64,000 bases of DNA from Chloroflexota bacterium (GCA_027593235.1 JAQCIU010000001.1:103132-167131); one strand, 5' to 3'. Numbered from the stretch's first letter, positions 36,470 to 46,356 are shown. The notes: generated from the letters alone by a model not told the origin. Numbers and translations: made by a program.

Positions 36470-37865
36470 TCGTTCGAGGACCTGGGGGGTGTTGCCACCG
36501 GCGATGCTGGGTGCCATGGACCGCTGATGGGGACCGGCGCCGCGAGCGCTCGTTCGTAAGGTGGATGTCGGCTGAGGCACCCGACCGGATGTCGGACGCG
36601 CACGGTCTCGAGCGGAGGCGGCATGAGGCCGGAAGCGCAGATTGAGGTGTTCATCGGGCTCGATGTCGGGAAGACGGCGCACCACGCCACGCTGATCGAC
36701 CGAAACGGAGAAGTACTCTCCACACGAGCGGCCCGTAATGACCAGGCGGCGCTTGAGGCCCTGCTGCGCTTCGCAGCCGAGCACGGCCCGGCGGCCCTGG
36801 TGCTCGACCAGCCGGGATCGATCGCGGCATTGACCCTCGCCGTCTGCCGGCAGCACGGCGTCCCCGTGGCGTACGTGCCGGGGCTGGTGATGCGGCGGGC
36901 GGCCGACCTCTATCCGGGCGAGGCCAAGACCGATGTCCGCGACAGCTTCGTGCTGGCCGACTTCGCCCGCACCCACCCGGGCAATCTGCGCTGGCTCGAG
37001 GTCACAGACGAGAGACTCGAGGAGCTGCGCCTGCTCTCCGGATACGACGATGACCTCGCCGATGACCGGGTGCGGGTCGTGAACAGGCTGCGTGACCTGC
37101 TCACGAGCCTGCATCCGCCGCTGGAGGCGCTCCTCGGGCCGCGCCTCGACCATCCAGCGGTGCGCGCGCTGCTCAAGCGCTACCCGACACCCTCCGCCCT
37201 GCGCGAGGCCGGCCGCGGGCGCGTCCTGCGCCTGCTCCGACAGCGCGCGCCTCGAATCGCCGAACGCCTGGCCGACGACGTCGTCGTCGTGCTGAACGCT
37301 CAGACGATCACTGTGCCGGCGGAGCCACGGCTCGGGACGATCGTCGCGGAACTGGCGAGTGAACTGGACCGGCTCGACGAACGGAGGGACCGGCTGGCGA
37401 GCGAGATTGAGGCGGTCTTTCGTAGCCATCCGCTGGGACCGATCCTGATCTCGCTGCCCGGCGTGGGGCCAAGGCTGGGCGCCAAGATCCTCGTCGAAGT
37501 CGGTGACGGAACCCGCTTCGCCAGCGGCGCTCAGCTCGCCAGCTACGCCGGCCTGGCGCCAGTCACGCGTCAGTCGGGCACGAGCATCCGTGGCGAGAAG
37601 CGCAGCCGGCGCGGCAACCATCGGCTCAAGAACGCGCTCTTCCTCGCGGCCTTCTGCTCGTTGCGCCATCCCGCTTCGAAGGCCTTCTACGACCGCAAGC
37701 GCCTCCAGGGCAAGAAGCACAACGCCGCCGTGATCTGTCTTGCCCGTCGCCGCTGCGATGTCATCCTCGCCATGCTCAGCACCGCGACCGCGTATGACCC
37801 GCACCACGCCGATCGCACCGCCGTCGCCGCTTGACAACGTCATGGGGACACCCCCCAAGACTGGC
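36470..37865 (+). mobile_element. IS110-family insertion sequence (boundaries approximate)
   Basis: Contains the DEDD transposase gene. 11-bp imperfect inverted match CTGGGGGGTGT (36482-36492) / ACACCCCCCAA (37848-37858) near the presumed ends. Length ~1.4 kb. Confidence 0.55.
36623..37834 (+). CDS. IS110-family transposase (DEDD recombinase)
   Basis: ...VFIGLDVGKTAHHATLIDRNGE... N-terminal RuvC-like domain and ...LPGVGPRLGAKILVEVGDGTRFASGAQLASYAGLAPVTRQSGTS... C-terminal domain. Confidence 0.95.
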   Translation: MRPEAQIEVFIGLDVGKTAHHATLIDRNGEVLSTRAARNDQAALEALLRFAAEHGPAALVLDQPGSIAALTLAVCRQHGVPVAYVPGLVMRRAADLYPGEAKTDVRDSFVLADFARTHPGNLRWLEVTDERLEELRLLSGYDDDLADDRVRVVNRLRDLLTSLHPPLEALLGPRLDHPAVRALLKRYPTPSALREAGRGRVLRLLRQRAPRIAERLADDVVVVLNAQTITVPAEPRLGTIVAELASELDRLDERRDRLASEIEAVFRSHPLGPILISLPGVGPRLGAKILVEVGDGTRFASGAQLASYAGLAPVTRQSGTSIRGEKRSRRGNHRLKNALFLAAFCSLRHPASKAFYDRKRLQGKKHNAAVICLARRRCDVILAMLSTATAYDPHHADRTAVAA

Positions 37866-37948
37866 CGCCAGCGAGCCGGCGCGTGCCTTCCTCCCCCAAC
37901 ACGCCCGCGATGAGTACGATGCGCGTCGCGTATATCGAGGGAGATGCC

Positions 37949-38863
37949 ATGCACACCGAATACGACGTTGGCGAAATCATCGAGGACGAGGGCGCGCTGT
38001 TCACGCCATTCCGGATGGTGGAGAACTACTGGGCGAAGCAGGCTGGCGCGGTCCAGAACGACGAGGTTGCGAAGAAGGTCGGCTTCCAGGGCGGCGTGGT
38101 CCGCGGCGTGGTGCACATCGCGCAGATGCCGCGCGTGCTGCTGGCCGGGTTCGGCCAGGAGTGGTTCGAGCGGGGCGGGGTCGCCTCGATGTTCATCAAG
38201 CCGACGATGCACGGCGACACCGTGCGGATCGGTCTGCAGGAGCCGGAGCTGGGCGGCAAGGCCGAACGCGTCCAGATCTGGGTGGAGCGCGAATCGGACG
38301 GCATGCACCTGGTGAACGGGACCGCCGAGATTGGCGATCCGGCCGGCGGCTCGCTGACGGCGCAGATGATCCTCAACACGGGCGGCGCCGATGAGGTACG
38401 GATCCTGGCGAATCACGTGATCGGCACGATGACCGATCAGATCCCGGTCCGCATCGACAGCGTCGAGCTGGCGAAAGAGCCGAGCGGCCCGATCGCACCG
38501 GAGGCGTGGTTCCGCACGGCGTCGCCGTGGGGCGGTCCGATCGCGAACCCGGCGAACGTGCCGACGGCGGCCGGTCGATCCTCGGGGCAGCTCAACCTCA
38601 GCAGCGAGGGCATCGTTGGGATGCTGGGCGCGCAGGAGGTGAAGCACGTCAAGGGACCGGTGTTCCTCGATCACGACTACGTGAGTCAGAGCGAGCTGGT
38701 GGCGGTGGGGTCCTCGAAGCGGTCGGAGTACGCCTGGTACGAGGCGCGGCTGCTGGAGCCGGACGGCACGCTGATCGCGAAGACCACGACGCAGATGCGC
38801 TTCCTTAAGAAGTCGTCGCCACTGTGGGCGGACGAGTTCCCGGACGACGAAGGCGGCGAATGA
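37949..38863 (+). CDS. MaoC-like / double hotdog-fold protein
   Basis: GAGGGA SD before ATG 37949. About 300 aa with weak dehydratase-like hotdog halves. Function not assignable by eye. Confidence 0.5.
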   Translation: MHTEYDVGEIIEDEGALFTPFRMVENYWAKQAGAVQNDEVAKKVGFQGGVVRGVVHIAQMPRVLLAGFGQEWFERGGVASMFIKPTMHGDTVRIGLQEPELGGKAERVQIWVERESDGMHLVNGTAEIGDPAGGSLTAQMILNTGGADEVRILANHVIGTMTDQIPVRIDSVELAKEPSGPIAPEAWFRTASPWGGPIANPANVPTAAGRSSGQLNLSSEGIVGMLGAQEVKHVKGPVFLDHDYVSQSELVAVGSSKRSEYAWYEARLLEPDGTLIAKTTTQMRFLKKSSPLWADEFPDDEGGE

Positions 38864-39140
38864 CCGCCAGCGACCTCGAGTGCGGTAGTGACCTCGAGGG
38901 TCGCGGGGCAGCCGTGGCGGCACGCGGGGGTAACCTTCACCACCGCCCGGGCGCTCTCTTAACGTAACGACAGCGCCCCGGGCGAGACTGTTGTCTCGCG
39001 GCTGAGACCGCGATCGGTGGTCGATCGGCCCCAGATGCGGGTGCGATTGCAGATCGCTAGACTGGATCACCCCCCAATACCCGCGTTTGCGCGGGAGAAC
39101 CGGCGCCCCATGCAAGCGTCGGAGCAGGACCGGTTCCCCT

Positions 39141-40229
39141 ATGCCTGATCAGATGACGTCCACCAGCCAGGAAACTGGCGATCTCCACATCGCCAGCACC
39201 GTGCCATTGGCCTCGCCCGCGCAACTGGCGGCGGAGCTACCCACGACCGACGTCCACCGGGCGTCCGTCTCCCGAGGGCGCGCCCAGATCGAGGCGGTGC
39301 TGCGCCAGGACGATCCGCGCTTGATGGTCGTGGTCGGGCCCTGCTCGATCCATGACGAGCGCTCCACGATGGAGTACGCCGAGCGACTCGCCCGCCTGTC
39401 CGAGCAGGTCCAGGACCACCTGCTAGTGGTGATGCGCGTCTACTTCGAGAAGCCACGCACCACCGTTGGGTGGAAGGGGCTGGTCTACGACCCGAACCTG
39501 GACGGCACCTTCGACATCAACGATGGCCTGCGCCGCGCCCGCAAGCTGTTGCTCGATGTGACCGCGATGGGGCTGCCGGCGGGTACCGAGTTCCTCGATC
39601 CGATCGTGCCGCAGTACCTCGCGGACCTCGTTTCCTGGACCGCGATTGGCGCGCGCACGACGGAGAGCCAGACGCATCGCCAGATGGCGAGTGGCCTCTC
39701 GATGCCGGTTGGCTTCAAGAACCGCACGGACGGCAACTCCCAGGTCGCGGTGGACGCGATGGTTGCTGCGCGAGCGCCACACGCATTTCTGGGTATCGAC
39801 CGGGACGGTCGGACCTGCGTCATCAACACAACCGGCAACCCCTATGGCCACCTGGTGCTGCGCGGCGGCACCGGCCAGACGAACTTCGACTCGGCTTCCG
39901 TCGCCGGGGCGCTCGAGGAGCTACGGGCCTCGGGGTCGCGACCGCTGGTGATGGTGGATTGCTCGCACGCCAACTCCGCGAAGGACCACACGCGCCAGTC
40001 GGTCGCGTTCCGCGACGTGATCGAGCAGCGCCGCGCCGGGAGCGATGGGGTCGTCGGGCTGATGCTTGAAAGCCACCTCTTTGCCGGGAACCAGCCGATC
40101 GACGGCGGTGAACTGCGCTACGGCGTGTCGGTCACCGACGCCTGCATCGACTGGAACGAGACCGAGACGCTGTTGAACGAGGCCGCCGAGGCCCTCGCCG
40201 CGGCGCCGGCGGCGCCCGCCGCCGTCTAG
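39141..40229 (+). CDS. aroG: 3-deoxy-7-phosphoheptulonate (DAHP) synthase, class I
   Basis: ...LMVVVGPCSIHD...VYFEKPRTTVGWKGL...GARTTESQTHRQMASGLSMPVGFKN...DCSHANS. Isozyme specificity unknown. Confidence 0.93.
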   Translation: MPDQMTSTSQETGDLHIASTVPLASPAQLAAELPTTDVHRASVSRGRAQIEAVLRQDDPRLMVVVGPCSIHDERSTMEYAERLARLSEQVQDHLLVVMRVYFEKPRTTVGWKGLVYDPNLDGTFDINDGLRRARKLLLDVTAMGLPAGTEFLDPIVPQYLADLVSWTAIGARTTESQTHRQMASGLSMPVGFKNRTDGNSQVAVDAMVAARAPHAFLGIDRDGRTCVINTTGNPYGHLVLRGGTGQTNFDSASVAGALEELRASGSRPLVMVDCSHANSAKDHTRQSVAFRDVIEQRRAGSDGVVGLMLESHLFAGNQPIDGGELRYGVSVTDACIDWNETETLLNEAAEALAAAPAAPAAV

Positions 40230-40270
40230 GGGTCTTCGACCCTCGGTGACGCTTCGCGCCTCGATGTGAA

Positions 40271-40300
40271 ACGGCCCCGCGTGAGCGGGGCCGTTGTCTT
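40271..40300. terminator. Hairpin between convergent aroG-like and gpmA genes (bidirectional terminator candidate)
   Basis: ACGGCCCCGC-gtga-GCGGGGCCGT, a 10-bp perfect stem followed by tgtcttgt. Confidence 0.6.
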
Positions 40301-40327
40301 GTCCGAGTGCCGACGTGGAGCCGGCGG

Positions 40328-41080
40328 CTACTGGCGGCTGGCTTGCGCGGCGACCGCGGCGGCGGCCGCCGCCGCCGCCTCTTCGCCGCCGAGGTAGCGG
40401 TGCCCGAGGACCTTCATGTCGTCGTCAAACTCGTAGATCAGTGGCATGCCGGTGGGGATGTTGACGTCGGCGATCTCGTCCTGGGAGATCCCGTCGAGGT
40501 GCATCACCAGCGCGCGGATGCTGTTGCCGTGCGCGGCGATCAGGGTGCGGTCACCGGCCTGGACGCAGGGGGAGATCACCTCGTTCCAGTAAGGAAGCAC
40601 GCGCTCCTGCGTCTGCTTCAGGGCCTCGCTGCCGGGGGTGGCCTCGGGCAGTCCGACGGTGGCGTAGCGGCGGTCGAAGCGCGGGTGCGCGGGGTCGCTT
40701 TCGTCGAGGGCCGGCGGCGGAATGTCGAAGCTGCGACGCCAGATGAAGACCTGCTCGTCGCCGTGCTGTTCCGCGGTCTCCACCTTGTTGAGGCCGGCGA
40801 GCGCACCGTAGTGACGCTCGTTGAGCCGCCACGATCGTTCGACCGGGATCCACGCCTGATCCAGTTCGTCGAGGACGATCCAGAGCGTGTGGATGGCGCG
40901 CTTCAGGTAGGAGGTGAATGCGACATCGAACTCGTAGCCCGCCTCGTGGAGCTGGCGACCAGCCTCGTGGGCTTCGGTGCGCCCGGTGTCGGACAGCTCG
41001 ACATCGACCCAGCCGGCGAAGCGGTTCTCGAGGTTCCACTGGCTCTGGCCGTGACGGATCAGGACGACTTCGTGAGGCAT
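40328..41080 (-). CDS. gpmA: 2,3-bisphosphoglycerate-dependent phosphoglycerate mutase
   Basis: ...[24 protein letters not shown]...[13 protein letters not shown]...[10 protein letters not shown]. Confidence 0.96.
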   Translation of the reverse strand: MPHEVVLIRHGQSQWNLENRFAGWVDVELSDTGRTEAHEAGRQLHEAGYEFDVAFTSYLKRAIHTLWIVLDELDQAWIPVERSWRLNERHYGALAGLNKVETAEQHGDEQVFIWRRSFDIPPPALDESDPAHPRFDRRYATVGLPEATPGSEALKQTQERVLPYWNEVISPCVQAGDRTLIAAHGNSIRALVMHLDGISQDEIADVNIPTGMPLIYEFDDDMKVLGHRYLGGEEAAAAAAAAVAAQASRQ

Positions 41081-41234
41081 GGGCGAGCTCCGTTCGCGCG
41101 TCGGCGGGGAGGGTTTCGCTGCGCGTAGTCAGTGTCGCCGGGATTGCACCCGACTGGCAACGCCTCGGAAGGCGTCGATCGACCTGGCCTCGGTCCGCCT
41201 CGGCGCGCCGCGTTCCCGGGAAGTTGCGCGCGGG

Positions 41235-42314
41235 CTAGTTGAGGATGGCGATCGTTGCCAGCAGCTGCTGCTCGTACATGCCGGGCTGGACCAGGTCGTC
41301 GTAGAGCAGTTCCAGCATGTCCCATTCCAGCGGGCTGAGTTCCTGTTCAGCGAAGGCGACCGGCGACATCAGCCGTCCGGAGACGCTCCAATGATCCGAC
41401 CAACCAATCGCGTGGACGAGTTCGTGGCGAATGTTGGTGTCCAGCAGCGGTCGGGAGATCGTCGTGCCGTTCGCCTGGTTGTAGGGAACGAAGATCGCGG
41501 CGTCATCGATCTCGAAGCGGTCGGCCGGGTCGGTGCCGTTGGGGCCGACGGTGTAGAAGTAGCTGGTGCTGGTGTAGGCGCTCCAACTGGGGACCTGCTG
41601 CTGTGCCTGAAGGTTGTCGAGCGCCCAGCTTGGGAATGTCGCCGGGACATTGTTGCGGTCGAAGCCCATGAAGAGGTGAACGTTCGCGACGGCGGGAGAG
41701 GCGGCGTAGCGCCAGGGAATGTCGAGCCGGCTGGTGAACGCGTTCAGTTCGGTTTCGACGGTGGCGATATCCGCGGCGGTGCCGGAGTAGACGTAGACCT
41801 CCAGCATCTTCGCCTCCGGCCAGCGGATCGTGACGCCGATGTTGCTGCCTGCATATTCGGGCCAGCAGCCGGGGCAGGTGGTGACCTGGAAGTTGGGCCG
41901 CAACAGCGTGTCAACGAACGCCTCCCAGGTGGCCGCCGCGTAGCCGGTGGCCGGGACAGGGACGGGCATGGCGATAGGGGCGCCGACGACGGCCAGCACC
42001 GCTGTTCCGGCCTGGAGCGTCCCCTGCGGGAACTGGGCGAGGAAGCTCGCGTTGACGAAGGTTGGCGCGCCGACGAGGTAGCCGACGAGAACGCCGTTCT
42101 GGCTGACCCAGATCGACGCAACCTGCGGTTGCTCGATGCCGAGCGTCTCGACCGATCCGCCTTCCCAGATCGCGATCGCGACGCCCTTGGTGGGCAGAGT
42201 GCCGCCGATCTTCGCCGCGACGACGGCGCCGTCGTCCGCGCTGGCTGGCGTCGCCACGAGGGCCGGCGCAAGCAGCGCGATTGCCAGGAGGAACGCGATA
42301 GATCGCTGCCGCAT
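41235..42314 (-). CDS. Secreted protein with an HExxH zinc-metallopeptidase motif
   Basis: Sec signal MRQRSIAFLLAIALLAPALVATPASA. C-terminal ...IRHELVHAIGW... Confidence 0.6.
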   Translation of the reverse strand: MRQRSIAFLLAIALLAPALVATPASADDGAVVAAKIGGTLPTKGVAIAIWEGGSVETLGIEQPQVASIWVSQNGVLVGYLVGAPTFVNASFLAQFPQGTLQAGTAVLAVVGAPIAMPVPVPATGYAAATWEAFVDTLLRPNFQVTTCPGCWPEYAGSNIGVTIRWPEAKMLEVYVYSGTAADIATVETELNAFTSRLDIPWRYAASPAVANVHLFMGFDRNNVPATFPSWALDNLQAQQQVPSWSAYTSTSYFYTVGPNGTDPADRFEIDDAAIFVPYNQANGTTISRPLLDTNIRHELVHAIGWSDHWSVSGRLMSPVAFAEQELSPLEWDMLELLYDDLVQPGMYEQQLLATIAILN

Positions 42315-42529
42315 CTATGACCGCCGATGGCTGAACACCCGCCGCGCGTGAACGCTGGCCGGTGCGGTTTCCTGATTCGGAGCGCGCACCCAGTGTCCGC
42401 TATCCACGCCTCGCGTGCTGCGGTCGCTGGGCTCCTCTTCGATTGTCGGCGCGGAGCCGGGCAGCACGAAGGCCCGCGCCGGGGAGCGCGAGCCTTCGGA
42501 GAGACGGGTGGGCGGTGCCGAACCGCGCG

Positions 42530-43066
42530 CTAGAGCGCCGCCCAGCGCTGGGGCCGGCCGCCGTCGAGCTTGAACCAGCCCTCACCGTCGAGCGCGACGC
42601 GGCCGTTGCCCGTCGCATCGAAGTGGATGCCGACACGGTGGAACTTGATGACCACGTCCGAGCCGCTGATCGAGAACTCGCCGTTCAGGCCTCGGAAGAT
42701 CATGGTGCCGTCGTCGTTGCGCCGGTGGGCGCGGGCGGAGACGCGGATCTCGGCGTCGCCGGCGTTGTCCACGATCGTCACGGAGTAGCCGTGCGCGATG
42801 CCGCTCATCGAGATCCGGCCGGCGAGGGCGACGTTGCCGGTGCCGCGAGCCTCGAGGGTGTGCGACTCGCGGAGTTCGACGCGACCGTCGATGACGCGGT
42901 CGGTGACTCGATCGGTGACGCCGTCACGGACACGGTCCGTCTGGCGGTCGGCGGGGCGATCGGTCGCGAGATCGGTGTCCGCGGAGGCGACGGCGGGTGC
43001 CACGGCCGAGAACAGGATTGTGATGCCGACGGCCGGCAACGCGACAAACTTCTGCCATTGCTTCAT
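42530..43066 (-). CDS. Secreted hypothetical protein with an N-terminal T/D/R-rich repeat
   Basis: Signal peptide ...AVAPAVASA, then TDLATDRPADRQTDRVRDGVTDRVTDRVIDGR and a beta-rich C-terminal domain. Confidence 0.6.
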   Translation of the reverse strand: MKQWQKFVALPAVGITILFSAVAPAVASADTDLATDRPADRQTDRVRDGVTDRVTDRVIDGRVELRESHTLEARGTGNVALAGRISMSGIAHGYSVTIVDNAGDAEIRVSARAHRRNDDGTMIFRGLNGEFSISGSDVVIKFHRVGIHFDATGNGRVALDGEGWFKLDGGRPQRWAAL

Positions 43067-43305
43067 CTGGGGGTTCTCCTTCGTCCTGTGAGAGCGATTG
43101 CGAGGACGGAGGCGTCCCCTTCACGCCCTACAACGGACCGAGCGGCCGCGCGTTCTGGTGGAGAACATAAGAATCGGACGCGTCTCGAAGCCCGTCGCGA
43201 CGACGAGGTGCCGCGAAACGACGGTGCGGCCGACCGCGGCGCGTATGAGAGGGCGCGTTGTGGGGCGGCGGCTGCAGGGCGTCACCCCAGGGAATTGGTG
43301 GTGGG

Positions 43306-45198
43306 CTAGCGGGTGAGGGTGCGCGCCTGCGCGCCGGGGACGCAATCCCAGGCCGCCCAGCGGACGCTGTCGACGCCCTCGATCGTGGCGGGCGTGCACT
43401 CGGCCGCGGCGATCGCCTCGATGTCCTTGAGGATGCCGGTGCGGGCGAGTTGGCGGCCGATCAGCAGGTACGGGACGTCGCCGCCGCGGATCAGGGCGGT
43501 CAGCTCTCCATCCTCGAGGACGGGTACCCGCTGGTAGTTGTTCCAGACGGGGAGGACGGACGCGCCGGTGTAGGCGATCGCCTCGCCGGCGTCGTTGATA
43601 CCGCTGATCGCGAAGCGGTAGCGGGCGTCGGGGAGGACGTCCGCGCCGTGTGCCAGGAGCGCCTCGGCGGGGACGCCGGGCTCGATGTCGGGCGCGGCGA
43701 CGCCGCGCGCGAACTGGAGCGGGTTGGGGCGGGTGATCTGGCCGCTCGGCGGCGCCTCGAGGGTGATCCAGGCGGAGGTGATGAGCATGGCGGCGATCGG
43801 CGCCGCGATCGCGATGCCGTAGGCGACGCGCTGTACGCGCGCCGGGATCGGGAGGCGCGTGGCGAGGATGATGACGCCGACGGCGATCAGTCCGACGCCG
43901 ATCGTGGCGAACGCGGGGACGCGAATCGGCGTGATGAACTGGTAGACACGCACGCCATAAAGCAGAAGCAGCCCGAGGATGGCCGGGCCGACCAGCACCT
44001 GCCAGTCGCGGCGGATGCTGGCGAGGCGCCCGCGAGCACGCCATACCTCGACGAGACCGACGCCCGCGAGGACGGCGATCGCCGGCGCATACGCCTCGTT
44101 GTAGTGGGCGGCCGCGCGGTTGGAGGCGCTGAAGAAGGCGACGCCGGTCAGCAGCCACGCGCCCCAGAAGAGCCCGGGACCATCGAGGATCCAGTCGCGC
44201 CGGCGGAGTGCGACGAGCGCGAGGCCGCCGAGGGCGAGGCAGACTCCGAAGCCGACGAGCCCGGCGTTGTCCTGCCGGATCAGGCGGAACGGGCCGCGGT
44301 CGCCGACGCCGAACGCCTGTCCGGCGTTACCGCCGCCGGTCTGGCCGGGGAGCGGCGTGAAGACGGTAATGTCGCCGGGCAGAACACGCTCCAGGCCGTT
44401 ATAGCGGAGGGCGAGGCCCAACTCGCTGTTCGATTTGTCGTTCATGACGATCGGGCGGCTGTCCTTCGGCGTGAGATCGACAACGGCGATCCACGAGAAG
44501 GAGACGACGGCGCCGACGAGGGCAGCGGCGGCGAGCGGGCGGACCAGGGTGCGCCATTCCTTACGAAAGCCCCAGATGATGTAGAGCAGCGCCGCCGGCA
44601 TCACGATGAAGCCCTCGAAGAACTTCACGTTGAAGAGCACGCCCATCAGCGCGGCCCAGGCGACGATGCGCCAGGGGCGTTTGCCCTCGACGGCGTCGAC
44701 GAGCAGCCATGCGGCGGCGACGAGGCCCATCATCAGCATCGCGTCCATGGTGGAGTCGCGGGCGGTGCCGACGGATTCCGGGAAGACGGCGAGTACGGCG
44801 GCAGCGAGCAGGCCGGCGGCGACGGCGGCACGGGAGCCGCCGACGGCGGTGTAGGAGCGGCGCGCCGCACCGAAGACGAGCGGGACGGCGATGGTTCCGG
44901 CGATCGCGATCGGAGCAATGATCGCGGTGCCGCTAAAGCCGAACAGCTTGGTGGAGATCACCTGCACCCAGAGCGCGACCGGTGGCTTGTCCACGTTGAT
45001 CGTGCCGGCCGGGTCATAGGCGGCGTACAGGAAGTTGTGCCAGGACTCGCCCATCGAGCGAATCGCCGAGGCGTAGAAGAGGTTGCCGAGGCCTGCCCGT
45101 TCGATGTCGATCAGGCGCAGCGCGGCGGCGACAGCGGTGATCAGCGCGAGTGCGAGGACCGTCGCCAGCGTGGCGCGGCGTTCGATGAAGGTGGGCAG
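43306..45198 (-). CDS. GT39-family (PMT/ArnT-like) membrane glycosyltransferase, apparent CTG start
   Basis: ...NLFYASAIRSMGESWHNFLYAAYDPAGTINVDKPP... signature. The first ATG is at 45054, but the frame stays open and homologous for 48 more codons (TM1). AGGAG at 45209-45205 lies 6 nt before CTG 45198. Confidence 0.8.
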   Translation of the reverse strand: MPTFIERRATLATVLALALITAVAAALRLIDIERAGLGNLFYASAIRSMGESWHNFLYAAYDPAGTINVDKPPVALWVQVISTKLFGFSGTAIIAPIAIAGTIAVPLVFGAARRSYTAVGGSRAAVAAGLLAAAVLAVFPESVGTARDSTMDAMLMMGLVAAAWLLVDAVEGKRPWRIVAWAALMGVLFNVKFFEGFIVMPAALLYIIWGFRKEWRTLVRPLAAAALVGAVVSFSWIAVVDLTPKDSRPIVMNDKSNSELGLALRYNGLERVLPGDITVFTPLPGQTGGGNAGQAFGVGDRGPFRLIRQDNAGLVGFGVCLALGGLALVALRRRDWILDGPGLFWGAWLLTGVAFFSASNRAAAHYNEAYAPAIAVLAGVGLVEVWRARGRLASIRRDWQVLVGPAILGLLLLYGVRVYQFITPIRVPAFATIGVGLIAVGVIILATRLPIPARVQRVAYGIAIAAPIAAMLITSAWITLEAPPSGQITRPNPLQFARGVAAPDIEPGVPAEALLAHGADVLPDARYRFAISGINDAGEAIAYTGASVLPVWNNYQRVPVLEDGELTALIRGGDVPYLLIGRQLARTGILKDIEAIAAAECTPATIEGVDSVRWAAWDCVPGAQARTLTR

Positions 45199-45331
45199 CG
45201 GGGGCTCCTGAACTCACACCGGTGACGCGACTTCGCGATCGCGATTGTGAGCAGGCCGCCGTTACGAACACATCAGAACGACAACAGAGCGAATACGGGC
45301 AGCAGACGGTCGTTTCGCGCGGGCGAGCCGG

Positions 45332-46201
45332 CTAGCCCGCGACGCTTGCCGTCGCGATCAGCACGATCGTGCCGTCATCCTTCTCGATCCAAGCGAAGAC
45401 GCCCTCGCGCGACGGATCCTCCTCGGTCGGACCAGTGGCGACGCCCTTGACCGTGACGTGGTCGTTTGGCCAGGTCGGGTTGGTGAACTTCACGTCGAGC
45501 CGTCCGCTGGTCCACCACGGCGCCCCGAAGTGCCCGTCCAGCAGGTGCCCGAGGTAGGACATCGTCATCCGCCCGCCGACGACCACGTCGCCAAAGCCGA
45601 GCGCCTTCGAGGCTTCAAGATCGGTGTGGTAGCTCTTGCTGCCGTGGAAGTACTGGCCGCACATCTCCAGCGTGACCGATCGATCGAGGGGTGCGAGCGC
45701 GTCGCCCTCCGGGACGATGAACTTGCGCGCACCTTCCTTCTTGGTCGGGTCGCGGAACTGGACCTCTTCGGGCGGTGGGTTGAGGAGGAACGACTGGTGG
45801 TGGTTGGAAGTGATCACGGCCTGTCCGTTGGCGTCGACCACCGAGACGGCGGTGTTCACCACCGTGCGGTCGCGTCGCTCGTAGATCTCCTCGATGGTGG
45901 CGTGGGTCTGGTAGGCCCCGTCGACCTGGAGCGGGGCGTGCCACGCCCACTGCTGGCGCATCCAGAGGTGGCCCTTGTCCTGCCGGAAGCGGCTGTACTC
46001 GTGGTAGTTGTCGGCGGCGGTGGCGATCATCGTCGGGACCGGCACGTCGCCGTGATCGAACGGGGCGCGATCGAGTTGCAGGCCCTCGAAGTAGTCGCGG
46101 AGCAGCGCGGGGGTGACGACCCAGTCGAGCGTGGGAAGCGTCTTGCCGACGCTGGGCTCACCGAGCGGTGGGGCGGGGCGGTCGCTGGTTTCGGTCGTCA
46201 T
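45332..46201 (-). CDS. MaoC-like dehydratase, double hotdog fold
   Basis: 289 aa with N- and C-terminal hotdog halves (...GFGDVVVGGRMTMSYLGHLL...). Confidence 0.7.
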   Translation of the reverse strand: MTTETSDRPAPPLGEPSVGKTLPTLDWVVTPALLRDYFEGLQLDRAPFDHGDVPVPTMIATAADNYHEYSRFRQDKGHLWMRQQWAWHAPLQVDGAYQTHATIEEIYERRDRTVVNTAVSVVDANGQAVITSNHHQSFLLNPPPEEVQFRDPTKKEGARKFIVPEGDALAPLDRSVTLEMCGQYFHGSKSYHTDLEASKALGFGDVVVGGRMTMSYLGHLLDGHFGAPWWTSGRLDVKFTNPTWPNDHVTVKGVATGPTEEDPSREGVFAWIEKDDGTIVLIATASVAG

Positions 46202-46356
46202 GATTGAAGCTCCTCACGGCTGTTTTCCCCGATCGGGAGCGGTTTGTCCAGTACGAGCGTTGTACAGGCAGCCGGCGCGCGCGACGAGCGGTCCGGTCGC
46301 GCTATGGTTCCCGAACCGCGGTTCGGGAACCGCGACGCAGCTTCGGAGCCACGACC

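Noticed and set aside
38946-38982. Hairpin CCCGGGCGCT...AGCGCCCCGGG in the gap upstream of the DAHP synthase gene as an aromatic-amino-acid attenuator
   Set aside because: There is no leader peptide rich in Phe/Tyr/Trp codons and no alternative antiterminator pairing. It is more likely a simple terminator-like hairpin for the upstream gene.
36431-39115. 894-aa minus-strand ORF spanning the IS110 element and the following gene
   Set aside because: It is antisense to two well-supported plus-strand genes, and its product is Arg/Pro/Gly-rich low-complexity sequence. This is a typical shadow ORF of high-GC DNA with few stop codons.
43258-45225. 655-aa plus-strand ORF
   Set aside because: It is antisense to the GT39 glycosyltransferase, and its product is dominated by D/E/G/R runs with no motif. 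The same reasoning applies to 51609..53615(-), 22357..23976(-), 24526..26100(-), 12605..13729(-), 33194..35041(+), 16681..18153(-), 7629..8792(-) and 35373..36452(-).
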